64,000 nt of DNA, taken from contig JBFWLW010000002.1 of the NCBI GenBank assembly GCA_050251945.1, forward strand, positions 192,001 through 256,000. Direction: 5' to 3'. Shown piece after piece: positions 29,456 through 38,750 of the stretch. The DNA comes from Deferribacterales bacterium. Lineage in GTDB: Bacteria > Chrysiogenota > Deferribacteres > Deferribacterales > Geovibrionaceae. Under the pieces are notes generated by a model. The model saw only the letters and a list, made by a program, of their open reading frames with translations. It searched no databases and had not been told where the DNA came from. Within the stretch, counting starts at the first letter, position 1. Each line of letters opens with the position of its first letter. The translations under genes were made by a program, and so were the position numbers.

Positions 29456-29508
29456 TCTTTTGACCACAATTTTATTTTCACTTTTAAAATCTATGCTACA
29501 ATAACGTC

Positions 29509-29874
29509 ATGCTGAACAAACAGAAATTTCATCTTTTCAAAAACTGGGGATACGCCCTGCAAGGTCTGAAAGAGGTATTCCTCAACGAAAGCTCTTTCAA
29601 ACTTGAAGTATATGTTTTCATTGCCCTTCTGACAGGCATAATAGCCTCTCCGGTCCCCGTTCTGCATAAAGGCATACTCAGCACCTCCATGCTCATCCCC
29701 CTTGCGGCAGAGCTGGCAAACAGCGCCATAGAACGCACGGTGGATCTTGTCACCATGCGGTACGACGAAAAAGCCAAGCGGGCAAAGGACGCCGGAAGCG
29801 CGCTGGTTTTCATGAGCTTCATAATCACAGGTCTGATCTGGTTCTGGACAATTTTTTCACTCTTTTTTGACTGA
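29509..29874 (+). CDS. dgkA: Diacylglycerol kinase
   Basis: ESSFKLE, ELANSAIERTVD, AKRAKDAGS. Confidence 0.92.
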   Translation: MLNKQKFHLFKNWGYALQGLKEVFLNESSFKLEVYVFIALLTGIIASPVPVLHKGILSTSMLIPLAAELANSAIERTVDLVTMRYDEKAKRAKDAGSALVFMSFIITGLIWFWTIFSLFFD

Positions 29875-29907
29875 TATCAATTTCATTTCCGCACTATCCG
29901 CTATATT
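29867..29907 (+). promoter_or_regulatory. FNR/DNR-type box with downstream -10 (class II geometry)
   Basis: TTGAC-TGAT-ATCAA (29867-29880), TATATT at 29902-29907. Confidence 0.6.
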
Positions 29908-29933
29908 TACAAAAAACATGACAGGAGGAGACC

Positions 29934-30173
29934 ATGCACGAAGGATGCAGCGGTTCTTTTGAATCAGGAAAACAGGTAGTGGATAAACTGCGCGCGATGG
30001 GGTTTTCAGAGGGCATGATGCCTCTGTCGCTTCATATAACTTGCGAAAACTGCGGAACAGAATTTGAAATGTACACATTTGAAACAAAATGCGGATGCGG
30101 TATGGTTTACGGCGTTACCCCGTGCCATGCTTTCAGCGCGGAACATGTTCAGGCTGCGGGTGTGGAGTATTAA
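29934..30173 (+). CDS. Small Cys-rich hypothetical protein
   Basis: Strong AGGAGG RBS; CENC...KCGCG...TPCH. Confidence 0.8.
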   Translation: MHEGCSGSFESGKQVVDKLRAMGFSEGMMPLSLHITCENCGTEFEMYTFETKCGCGMVYGVTPCHAFSAEHVQAAGVEY

Positions 30174-30222
30174 AAATTATATATAGAACATATCAAGTAA
30201 GTTATGCCGTATACTGAAAGAC

Positions 30223-30429
30223 GAGACTGCTTCACCCTTGCAGGGTTCGCAGAGAGGGCTTTCTTTTTAGTCTTCGCGAGGGCTTTATGCCCGAAGCGAT
30301 CTCATCTTAGTTTGATTTTGTACTCTCGCTCTAAGATGCGCTATTATTTGCGTAAAACACTCTAGACTGATTCGTCATTTCATTCCTCGCAGAGACGTTA
30401 ATTCGTCTTTGCGAGCGAAGCAAAGCGGC
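30223..30429. repeat. Two family-A REP doublets without TIRs
   Basis: GAGACTGCTTC...TCGCAGAGA / GTCTTCGCGAG...CGAAGCGATCTC (30223-30303) and AGACTGATTCG...CTCGCAGAGAC / GTCTTTGCGAG (30364-30429). Confidence 0.75.
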
Positions 30430-30510
30430 TTTTTCTTTCACGGCTTTTAGAATCGAACAGTTCAAGGCGTAAGAAAAAAATATGCGAAGTGTTATAAAAG
30501 CCGATACAAT

Positions 30511-31161
30511 CTATTCCAGATTCTTTAAAATCTTGATTTCCCTGCCCTGCACCTCAATATACCCCTCTTCCTGCAACTTCTTAAGTATGCGTGAAAAGGT
30601 CTCTGCGGTCGTACCGAGAAGAAGCGCAAGCTCGCCCTTAGGCACAGGCAGTTTCACCACTGCTGACTCTTTCTTTTTCTGAGATTTCAGCCAGTTCACA
30701 AGCCTTGCCCGCACGTCGTTGACGGTGAGGCTCTCAATAAGATTCACAAAATATTTGATACGCTTTGAAAGCGCACCTATGAGCCGCATGGATACTTTCG
30801 GGTCTTTGGAAATGACCTCTTCCAGCCTGTGCGCATCTATCTCAAGAAGTTCGCACTCCTCAAGGGTCATGGACGTCACAGGGTATTTCAGCCCTAGCTG
30901 TAAGAGTATCTCCGCAAAAATTTCACCGGAACGCACGAAATGGACGACAGCCTCTCTGCCCTCGTCGTTGGTGCGGAAAAGCTTTATACTGCCTTTCAAA
31001 AGGAAATAGACGGTACTGCCCTCCTGCCCCTCAACGAACAGAATACTCTTCTTCTCCGCTTTTCTGTGGCGGCAGATGGCATCAAGCACTTTCAAAAGTT
31101 CGGGATCAGCGGAGCCGAAAAACCCCGCCGCAAATTGTTTAATAGCTTCCTGTTTGTTCAT
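30511..31161 (-). CDS. Crp/Fnr family regulator (DNR/HcpR-like, no N-terminal Cys cluster)
   Basis: LFVEGQEG, GEIFAE, LGTTAETFSRIL HTH. Confidence 0.92.
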   Translation of the reverse strand: MNKQEAIKQFAAGFFGSADPELLKVLDAICRHRKAEKKSILFVEGQEGSTVYFLLKGSIKLFRTNDEGREAVVHFVRSGEIFAEILLQLGLKYPVTSMTLEECELLEIDAHRLEEVISKDPKVSMRLIGALSKRIKYFVNLIESLTVNDVRARLVNWLKSQKKKESAVVKLPVPKGELALLLGTTAETFSRILKKLQEEGYIEVQGREIKILKNLE

Positions 31162-31180
31162 AACAGGATTATAACACAGA

Positions 31181-31981
31181 TCACTTAAATGTAAATTTCA
31201 GTGTATCCTGCGATTTGTTATCAGGGCAGGCATCAACACAGTCACCGCAGTTGTTGCAGTGGGCGGATTCTCCCATAGTCATGGGATTTATCATCATGGG
31301 ACAGCTTATTACGCAGGACATGCAGTCTGAGCAATCCTCTTTTACCTTCCGCACGGTCATTCCGCGTTTTGACCGGAAGAACGACAGGAAAGTGCCTGTT
31401 GGGCAGAAAAATCTGCACCAGAACCGGAAATAGAAAAATTCCAGCAGTAAAAGCACCGCAACGAACACAAGCTCGAACGTTACATAATGGAATTTCACCA
31501 GCACCATCGCCTGAGTGGAGATCACGCCCGGCGCGGATATCAGATTCAGAACGGGTACCCCGGCTATCGCCATAAGCACCAGACCCACAAACAGAAAGAC
31601 ATATCTCACCTTCGCCTGTCTGATATGTATTGCGTCGGAGTATTTCGGTTTATATGCCTTCATTTTCAGTTTTCTGCGAAGCCACGACATGAACTCCGCG
31701 CAGAGATAATACGGGCAGAACCAGCTGCACCACACGCGCCCCAGAAGGAGCATCAGCACAACGGGAATAACCACCGAACCAAGCATATATTCGTTTACCC
31801 TTCCGGCGGCTATCATAGACTGAAAAACAGCCAGAGGGTCTGCCATTGCCGCGTCGCCTATATCCATTGAGATGAACGTTCCCTTTATAAAATACAGTTC
31901 AAAAACGTTCAGAACGGGTATGAAAAAAATGGCAAAGACCGTGAGTATCTGCGCTGTGCGCCTGTATCTTTTAATCTTCAT
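31181..31981 (-). CDS. napH: Quinol dehydrogenase membrane subunit
   Basis: GRVWCSWFCP, RFWCRFFCP, two CxxCxxCxxxCP. Confidence 0.92.
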   Translation of the reverse strand: MKIKRYRRTAQILTVFAIFFIPVLNVFELYFIKGTFISMDIGDAAMADPLAVFQSMIAAGRVNEYMLGSVVIPVVLMLLLGRVWCSWFCPYYLCAEFMSWLRRKLKMKAYKPKYSDAIHIRQAKVRYVFLFVGLVLMAIAGVPVLNLISAPGVISTQAMVLVKFHYVTFELVFVAVLLLLEFFYFRFWCRFFCPTGTFLSFFRSKRGMTVRKVKEDCSDCMSCVISCPMMINPMTMGESAHCNNCGDCVDACPDNKSQDTLKFTFK

Positions 31982-31985
31982 GGCA

Positions 31986-32741
31986 TTACCATTCCTGATC
32001 GTAATTTTCTGTGTTGTACTCGAAATCGGGCTTAGCGTCCGATGAGTCTATCTTCTGTTTCTCCTCAAGGAGCTTCTCGCCTTTCAGTGCACTGTCGCTC
32101 TTTTTCCGCTCCTGCCCGAGCACCTTCGCCCGTCTGCCGAAATACCCGGTATTCTTATCAATCGGCATCCCTTCCGGATATATGGCGATTGCCTTTTCAG
32201 GTGTCGCGGGACATTTCTCCGTGCATATGCCGCATCCCGTGCATTTATCCGTTACCACTGGAAGTATGAATTTTTCCATGACTATGGCTTCGTCTGTATA
32301 CGGACATACGTTATAACAGGTGCCGCAGAGCTGTGCGGTACCCGTTGCCGAAACTCCGGTCATCTCGTCCTTATAATAAAGAAAGTTGAGGCAAATGTTC
32401 TGGTTTATGACAGCTATACCCATCCGCACCTGTTTGCCGTCAGTCAGTTTCGGGTTAAGAGCACCTGTCGGACAGACCTTCATGCAACGCATACAGAGAT
32501 AGCATGCCTTGTTCTCGGGATAGACGTACGGCGTGCCTATCTGGAGCTTTTCAAACAGGTCTGCGCGCTCTATGGAATCGTACGGGCAAACCTCTATGCA
32601 GCGTGCGCACCGTATGCACAGCTCCATAAAGGTCTCCTCAGACGCCGCACCCGGCGGGCGCAGTCTGTTCTTTTTATAGTAGTTTTTAAACGGATTGCTG
32701 TTCAGAAGCCCCTCGAACAGCTCCGTGAACCTGTTTCTCAT
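31986..32741 (-). CDS. napG: Ferredoxin-type subunit
   Basis: LRPPGA, CIRCARCIEVCP, four Fe-S motifs. Confidence 0.88.
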   Translation of the reverse strand: MRNRFTELFEGLLNSNPFKNYYKKNRLRPPGAASEETFMELCIRCARCIEVCPYDSIERADLFEKLQIGTPYVYPENKACYLCMRCMKVCPTGALNPKLTDGKQVRMGIAVINQNICLNFLYYKDEMTGVSATGTAQLCGTCYNVCPYTDEAIVMEKFILPVVTDKCTGCGICTEKCPATPEKAIAIYPEGMPIDKNTGYFGRRAKVLGQERKKSDSALKGEKLLEEKQKIDSSDAKPDFEYNTENYDQEW

Positions 32742-33049
32742 ATCTCTTCGCGCTTTTTACTTTTAAAGAAGCCGTCAAGAGACGGAACTTTCTGACCTGC
32801 AAGAATCTCTTCAACTTCGTCCTCGAAATGGAAAATGTGGTGAGCCACCTCAAGGATTTCGGGAAATCCGCGCAGATCGGCGCAGATATTCTGAAGATGC
32901 TCTTCGCTGTCCGCCTCTATGGCTATTATTATCTGTGTTTGGTCGTCGCTCACTGCGAAGACTTCTATATTGTCGCTGGACTTCAATATTTCTTTAGCTT
33001 TTGTAATATTTTCGGGATTTACATAAACCACGCTGCCGGAAAAAATCAT
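32738..33049 (-). CDS. napD: NapA signal-peptide chaperone
   Basis: MIFSGSVVYV...QIIIAIEA; GGAGG RBS; directly after napA. Confidence 0.85.
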   Translation of the reverse strand: MIFSGSVVYVNPENITKAKEILKSSDNIEVFAVSDDQTQIIIAIEADSEEHLQNICADLRGFPEILEVAHHIFHFEDEVEEILAGQKVPSLDGFFKSKKREEI

Positions 33050-33095
33050 AAATAATCCTCCAGTTGTGTTAAACGGGGCTGCCGCAGCAGCCGTC

Positions 33096-33124
33096 AAAAA
33101 AAGCGCCCCGCCGTTACGGGGCGC
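33096..33124 (-). terminator. Intrinsic terminator between napA and napD
   Basis: Minus strand GCGCCCCG-TAACGG-CGGGGCGC followed by T7. Confidence 0.75.
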
Positions 33125-33143
33125 AAGAGGCGTATTAACTCCC

Positions 33144-35534
33144 TTAGGAGTATTTTGAATTTATGTCGCTGATTATAAACTTCTCTGCCACGTTTTTCGG
33201 TCCTGATACTTTTTTAATTTTTACCGATGCTATCTTGAATTCCGGCTCAAAAGAAACCTCATCCACAGCGTCGTTGCAGACAAAGTTAATCATACGGATG
33301 AACGCCTGATCGTGCCACGGAACAAACAGAACGCCGGGAAGCGTGCCTGTTACAATGTGTGCAGGCATAACGCATTTGCCCCGTTTGCTGGCTATTTCGA
33401 CCATATCGCCAGCCATGATGCCGGCTTTTTTCGCATCTGAAGGGTGTATCTCAACGTATGCATTGGAGTGAGCCCTTGCTATCTCGGGAATACGCATTGT
33501 CATTGTGCCTGTGTGCCACTGCTCAATAACACGTCCGGTGGTCAGATAGAACGGATATGCGGCATCCGGTTCCTCAGCAGCACCTGCGTAAGGACGCATA
33601 AAGATATTCGCTTTGCCTTCTTTTTTCGCATCGTTATAGAAGTTTACCTTTCTCGCAGGGTCAAAGTTGTGTCCGAACTTCGCTTTGAAACCCTCATGAT
33701 TGAACATAGGGTCTTCGCCGCGGACGTATCTTCTGTTTGTGCCGGGGTGGGAAACAGAAGGACAGGGCCACTGAAGTCCGGCTTTCTCTTTTTTCAGACG
33801 GGAATAGGGTGCGCCTTCAAAGGTATGATCTGTGTCTTTTGTAATGAATCTGTAATCGTCCCATGCCATCTCGTTCATCTTCATTATGTCGTTGCCGTTC
33901 CATGGGATCAGTTTTTCCATGCCCATGCGCTTGGCGATCTGTGCGGCTATCCAAATATCTGGTTTAGCCTGACCGACAGGCTCAACAGCCTTCTCAGTGA
34001 GCTGGCTTCTGCGCTCGGAACATCCGTAAACACCGCCCTTTTCATAAATAAACGCGGCGGGCAGAACAACGTCCGCAAGCTGTGTCGTGCGTGTCGGGAA
34101 GATATCCAGAACCACCATAAAGCTGTCCTGCATACCCTTCACATACCGGTGGAGGTTGGGCAGCGACTGTGCAGGGTTTGTTGTGCAGACGAGCATAGCT
34201 TTAATGGGCTTGGACGCATCTGCCTCGCCGCCGAGCGCATCGAACATTTTCATTGTATGGAATCCGGGTTTCGGGTCTATCGTCCCCGCCTCAATACCCC
34301 AGCATTTTTCAACGTGAGCACGCCATGCGTCGTTCGCCACAGGTTTTGTGCCGGGGAGCAGGTGTGCAAGTGCGCCTGTTTCGCGTACGCCGCCGCACGC
34401 ATTGGGCTGACCTGTCAGCGAGAATGAATCCGCGCCGGGTTTGCAAATCTGACCTGTGATGAGGTGCAGGTTATGTATAAGGTTGTTCGCCCATGTGCCT
34501 TTAACGCGCTGGTTGAGACCCATGCACCAGAGAGACATTGTAGCGTCGCTCTTCGCAAACCACTCCGCCGCCTGTTTGATATTCTCGGCGGGGCAGCGGG
34601 TAAGCTTCTCAACCTTTTCAAGGGTGAAGTCTTTCAGGAATTCTCTGTATTCCGCGATGGTCTTGACCTCTTTTCCATTAGTGATTCTGGTGTTCTGCGC
34701 CATGAATTTTTCGTCATAAAGGTTGTTGTCCAGTATGTATTTTATCATAGCGTTGAAAACAGCAAGATCAGTTCCGGGGTCGACGGGGAGCCAGAGGTCG
34801 GCTATCTTTGTAGTCGATGTCTTTCTGGGTTCGCAGACAATGACCTTAACGTCGGGGTTGTTCAGTTTATGACGCATTATCCTGCGGAAAAGCACGGGGT
34901 GGCACTCGCTGGTGTTTGAACCCGTGATGAACAGGCATTTGGATTTTTCAATATCCGCATATGAACCGACGGGTTCGTCGGAACCGAACGTGCTGACATA
35001 GCCTGCAACGGCTGACGCCATACACAGGCGGGGGTTGCCCTCCACCATATTGGTGCGGAACCCGCCTTTAAAAAGCTTGTTAAAGGTGTACGTCTCTTCC
35101 GTAAGCGCCTGACCGGAACCGTAGTAGGCAACAGCATCTTTGCCGTATTTCTGACGGAAATATTTAAATTTGTCCGTAACATATGTCAATGCCACGTCCC
35201 ATGACACAGCCTTGAACTTACCGTCTTTCTGACGTATCATCGGCGTTTTAAGCCTGTCCGGGTGATACATGCATTTATATGCGAGGAAACCCTTCACGCA
35301 GAGGAAGCCGAAATTCGTCTTTGCGTCGGGGTTGCCTTTGATGGCGACGAGCTTTCCGTTTTTAACGCCGACGTAAACGCCGCAGCCCGTTCCGCAGAAA
35401 CGGCAGGTTCCCTTCACCCATTTGTCAACAGCTTCCGCCGCCTCAACGTTCTTGGGCAAAGCAACGCCCACGGAAGCGGCAGCCGCAGCCGCCATTGATG
35501 CTTTTATAAAATTTCTTCTTGTAATGTTCATCAT
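33144..35534 (-). CDS. napA: Periplasmic nitrate reductase catalytic subunit
   Basis: TRRNFIK Tat signal, CRFCGTGC, PRLCMASA (Mo-ligand Cys), GQPNACG, TGRVIEQWHTG. Confidence 0.95.
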   Translation of the reverse strand: MMNITRRNFIKASMAAAAAASVGVALPKNVEAAEAVDKWVKGTCRFCGTGCGVYVGVKNGKLVAIKGNPDAKTNFGFLCVKGFLAYKCMYHPDRLKTPMIRQKDGKFKAVSWDVALTYVTDKFKYFRQKYGKDAVAYYGSGQALTEETYTFNKLFKGGFRTNMVEGNPRLCMASAVAGYVSTFGSDEPVGSYADIEKSKCLFITGSNTSECHPVLFRRIMRHKLNNPDVKVIVCEPRKTSTTKIADLWLPVDPGTDLAVFNAMIKYILDNNLYDEKFMAQNTRITNGKEVKTIAEYREFLKDFTLEKVEKLTRCPAENIKQAAEWFAKSDATMSLWCMGLNQRVKGTWANNLIHNLHLITGQICKPGADSFSLTGQPNACGGVRETGALAHLLPGTKPVANDAWRAHVEKCWGIEAGTIDPKPGFHTMKMFDALGGEADASKPIKAMLVCTTNPAQSLPNLHRYVKGMQDSFMVVLDIFPTRTTQLADVVLPAAFIYEKGGVYGCSERRSQLTEKAVEPVGQAKPDIWIAAQIAKRMGMEKLIPWNGNDIMKMNEMAWDDYRFITKDTDHTFEGAPYSRLKKEKAGLQWPCPSVSHPGTNRRYVRGEDPMFNHEGFKAKFGHNFDPARKVNFYNDAKKEGKANIFMRPYAGAAEEPDAAYPFYLTTGRVIEQWHTGTMTMRIPEIARAHSNAYVEIHPSDAKKAGIMAGDMVEIASKRGKCVMPAHIVTGTLPGVLFVPWHDQAFIRMINFVCNDAVDEVSFEPEFKIASVKIKKVSGPKNVAEKFIISDINSKYS

Positions 35535-35549
35535 GATTTAAGACCTTCC

Positions 35550-35927
35550 TTACTTAACATCTGTGGGGGTATAGCCCGCTTTATGTATCAGAAACGTATG
35601 TGCCTTGTGGCATGTGATGCAGGTAACTTTCGGCGCAGTGTTCATCTCCGCCTCATGGTCGTGGCAGCCTATGCAGGTGAGCTGTTCAGGGGTCTTTTTA
35701 AAGTTCTTCTCATCCCCGTGACAAACCTGACATTTTACACCTGTAAACCCGTGGGCGCTCGACTCCCACTGCTGATAAACCTCGGGGGTCACATCCGCGT
35801 GACACTCGATACAATCTGCGGTCCCCATCTTTTCGGGGTGTCCCTTCACTTTTGAACTCTTTGCCGACGCCGCGCCGAATGCGACGAGCGTAAGCAGCAA
35901 AATAAAAACAGCCAGTCTCTTGCCCAT
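35550..35927 (-). CDS. napM: Tetraheme c-type cytochrome (NapM-like)
   Basis: Signal peptide plus CIECH, CQVCH, CIGCH, CITCH; first gene of the nap operon. Confidence 0.8.
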   Translation of the reverse strand: MGKRLAVFILLLTLVAFGAASAKSSKVKGHPEKMGTADCIECHADVTPEVYQQWESSAHGFTGVKCQVCHGDEKNFKKTPEQLTCIGCHDHEAEMNTAPKVTCITCHKAHTFLIHKAGYTPTDVK

Positions 35928-36176
35928 AAAAATACCTCCGGTTATCGTTCATGATGTCAACTACTCAAGCCGCACTGGGTGCGGTCTCTGGGGTAAGTAA
36001 TTTAACATCGTTATTTCTCATTAAAGACTAACGCTATTTTTGTAAATGAGGGATTAAGGTTGTAAGCGTACTGTAAATTATGTAAATACGACCGATGACC
36101 GTTATTTGTACTCTTTGATTTGTTGCTTATGACGGCGTGCGGGGGTATATTAAATTATAAAACACCGGAGGGAGTT

Positions 36177-37358
36177 ATGGCTCATTTCGACTTTATTGTG
36201 GCGGGCAGCGGCGTCAGCGGCATGGTTTTCGCCCGTAAAATGGCTGAAAGAGGGAAAAAAGTTCTGGTTCTGGAAAAAGCTGACAGAGCCGGAGGATGCC
36301 TCGCATCTGCATCATACGATAATTTCTGGCTGGAGCTTGGCGGACACACCGTTTACGCTTCATACTCATCATACATCTCCGCAATGAAAAGCGCGGGAAT
36401 GGAGCCTGATTTTCTGCCCAGAAAAAAAGTGCCTTTCCGCATGCTCACATCCGAAGGACTTGTTCCGCTGTCAAAATGCCTGAACAAGCTGGAACTGGTT
36501 TTGAATCTCCCGAAAGCACTTTTCGTCAAAAAAGAGGGCAGAACCGTCAGGGACTTCTATTCTGCTTTACTCGGAAAAAACAACTATGAAAAGATGTTCC
36601 GTCCCATGATGGCTGCGGTCATTTCGCAGGAAGGTTCGGATTTTCCCGCCGATATGATGCTCAAAAGCAGACCGAAAGACAAAACACTCCCCCGCAGTTT
36701 CACCATAAAAGGCGGCATGAGCGAATTTATTAAAAAAACCGCCGCGATGGAAAACGTTACCCTGAAAACATCATGCGGCGCGGACAGCGTGAGCCTTGAC
36801 AACGGGATTTACACCGTTACTGCAGGTGCGGAAGTGTTCACTTCGGACAATTTCACTACTGCCTGCTACCCTGCGGAAGCTGGAAGACTGCTGGCTGGCA
36901 TTGCTCCGGATATCTCATCAATGCTGACATCCATTCCCAGTGCAAAGGTTGAAAGCGTCGGCGTTATCCTTAAAAAGAGCGACGTTTCAGTCGGGGAACT
37001 CAGCTTCATAATTGCCGCTGAGGGCGAGTTTACATCCGTGGTCTCCAGAGACGTGGTGGAAGATGCACATTACCGCGGCTTCGCTTTCCATTTCAAACCG
37101 GACAAGCTGACAGATGAACAAAAAAACTTAATAATAGAAAAGACTTTAAACACTAACAGATCAAAATTCGTGCATAAGGCGGAAACGGTGCATTACTGCC
37201 CCACCCTTAAGCTGGGACACGAAGAGATGCTTGCAATGCTTGACAGTCTCATTGTTAAGACCAAAGGACTTTACATCACAGGCAACTGGTTCACCGGACT
37301 TGCCATTGAGGACTGTGCCATGCGCAGCGCCAGAGAGGCTACAAGAGCAATACTTTAA
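36177..37358 (+). CDS. FAD-dependent oxidoreductase, protoporphyrinogen oxidase (HemY)-like
   Basis: VAGSGVSG, LEKADRAGG, LELGGH, TGNWFTGLAIEDC. Confidence 0.75.
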   Translation: MAHFDFIVAGSGVSGMVFARKMAERGKKVLVLEKADRAGGCLASASYDNFWLELGGHTVYASYSSYISAMKSAGMEPDFLPRKKVPFRMLTSEGLVPLSKCLNKLELVLNLPKALFVKKEGRTVRDFYSALLGKNNYEKMFRPMMAAVISQEGSDFPADMMLKSRPKDKTLPRSFTIKGGMSEFIKKTAAMENVTLKTSCGADSVSLDNGIYTVTAGAEVFTSDNFTTACYPAEAGRLLAGIAPDISSMLTSIPSAKVESVGVILKKSDVSVGELSFIIAAEGEFTSVVSRDVVEDAHYRGFAFHFKPDKLTDEQKNLIIEKTLNTNRSKFVHKAETVHYCPTLKLGHEEMLAMLDSLIVKTKGLYITGNWFTGLAIEDCAMRSAREATRAIL

Positions 37359-37756
37359 ACCACTGAATTATCAGGCTGTTCAAACCCGGCGGAGGCGAAT
37401 ATTTCTCTTCCGCCGAGGTATTCTTCATATTCAATACCCCAGTCTTTCATCATATTAAGTATGGGTATCAGCTTTTTGCCGATATCTGTCAGACGATATT
37501 CAACCTTCGGCGGTATCTGATTATAGATATGGCGGCTTACAACACCGTCCGCCTCAAGCTCCCGAAGCTGTTTCGCAAGCATCCTTTCGGTTATGCCGTT
37601 CATGCCTCTTCGTAATTCGCTGAAACGAAGAACCTCTGAATCTGCTATATGATAAAGAATTATCGCCTTCCACTTGCCCGAAAAAACCGTCATGGTAAGC
37701 TCAAAAAAACAGTTATAAGACTTTCCGCACAGATTTTTCGGTTTACAGTTGCCCAT
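37355..37756 (-). CDS. HxlR/DUF24 thiol-sensing regulator
   Basis: CFFELT..GKWK..LRFSEL..LRELEADG..PPKVEYRLT. Confidence 0.92.
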   Translation of the reverse strand: MGNCKPKNLCGKSYNCFFELTMTVFSGKWKAIILYHIADSEVLRFSELRRGMNGITERMLAKQLRELEADGVVSRHIYNQIPPKVEYRLTDIGKKLIPILNMMKDWGIEYEEYLGGREIFASAGFEQPDNSVV

Positions 37757-37770
37757 AATGAACCTCACTA

Positions 37771-37785
37771 TACTTTATGTAAGTA
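37771..37785. promoter_or_regulatory. DUF24/YodB-type operator
   Basis: TACT-N7-AGTA in the divergent intergenic region. Confidence 0.55.
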
Positions 37786-37857
37786 CATGTATTTTTTTAC
37801 AGTTCTTGCGTTTATTATAGTAGCAGATTATTATTTCCGCAACAAGAGGAGGCAAAA

Positions 37858-38136
37858 ATGTTCATTCTTCACGTCACAATGACACTTAAAGACGGTTATG
37901 CCGACAAAACACTCGAAGGACTTCTGAAAGTCCGCCCCGACGTTCTGAAAGAGGACGGCTGCGGAGAGTACACCATAACAAAGCTTGGTGATCAGGTTTT
38001 CTGTTTTGAAATATGGGAAAGCGATGCGCACCTTGACGCACATATGAAACAGCCCTACATGACAGAATTTTTTGAAACAACGAAAGACTGGCACAAAGAT
38101 GATGTTATTATCAATAAATACGAGGTGGCAAAATGA
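37858..38136 (+). CDS. Putative quinol monooxygenase (ABM domain)
   Basis: EDGCGEY, EIWES..HLDAHMKQP. Confidence 0.85.
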   Translation: MFILHVTMTLKDGYADKTLEGLLKVRPDVLKEDGCGEYTITKLGDQVFCFEIWESDAHLDAHMKQPYMTEFFETTKDWHKDDVIINKYEVAK

Positions 38137-38750
38137 AGGTTTTAGGAATAAACGGCAGCCCAAGAAAGGGCGGAAACACGGAAATTATCGTCAACAGAGT
38201 TCTTGACGGGCTTAAAAGCCGCGGCTGGGAAACCGACTATGTGCAGATTGGCGGTCAGGTATTCCGCGGCTGTATATCCTGCGGCGGGTGCTTCAAAAAT
38301 CAGGACGGCAAATGCGTTCTTAAAGAGGATAAATTCAACGAAGTTTTCGCAAAGATGGTTGAGGCGGATGCAATCGTTATCGGTTCGCCGACGTATTTCG
38401 CGGACGTTACATCCGAGATTAAGGCGCTTATGGACAGAGCAGGCTATGTTGCAATCGCAAACGGACACCTGCTGAAAGGCAAAATAGGCATGGGAGTTTC
38501 CGCTGTGCGACGCGGCGGCTCCATACACACAATAGATTCAATTAACCATTTCCTGCACCTTTCCCGCATGATACTGCCCGGTTCAAGCTACTGGAACATG
38601 GTATACGGAAGAGGCAAAGGCGAGGTTCTGAACGATGAAGAGGGAATAGCAAACATGGATCATCTCGCGGCAGTCACAGATTGGCTGGGAAAAGCTATCA
38701 AACCCTTCATCGACAGCTATCCGCTGACAGGCGGCTCCTGCGCGGAATAA
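38133..38750 (+). CDS. Flavodoxin family / iron-sulfur flavoprotein
   Basis: GSPRKGGNT, CISCGGC...C, GSPTYF, RRGG. Confidence 0.9.
   Translation: MKVLGINGSPRKGGNTEIIVNRVLDGLKSRGWETDYVQIGGQVFRGCISCGGCFKNQDGKCVLKEDKFNEVFAKMVEADAIVIGSPTYFADVTSEIKALMDRAGYVAIANGHLLKGKIGMGVSAVRRGGSIHTIDSINHFLHLSRMILPGSSYWNMVYGRGKGEVLNDEEGIANMDHLAAVTDWLGKAIKPFIDSYPLTGGSCAE

Noticed and set aside
33444..34427. 327-aa plus-strand ORF
   Set aside because: Antisense to napA.
35930..36060. Possible Moco riboswitch upstream of napM
   Set aside because: Only one short hairpin (CCGCAC/GTGCGG); I could not match the Moco motif. An Rfam scan would settle it.
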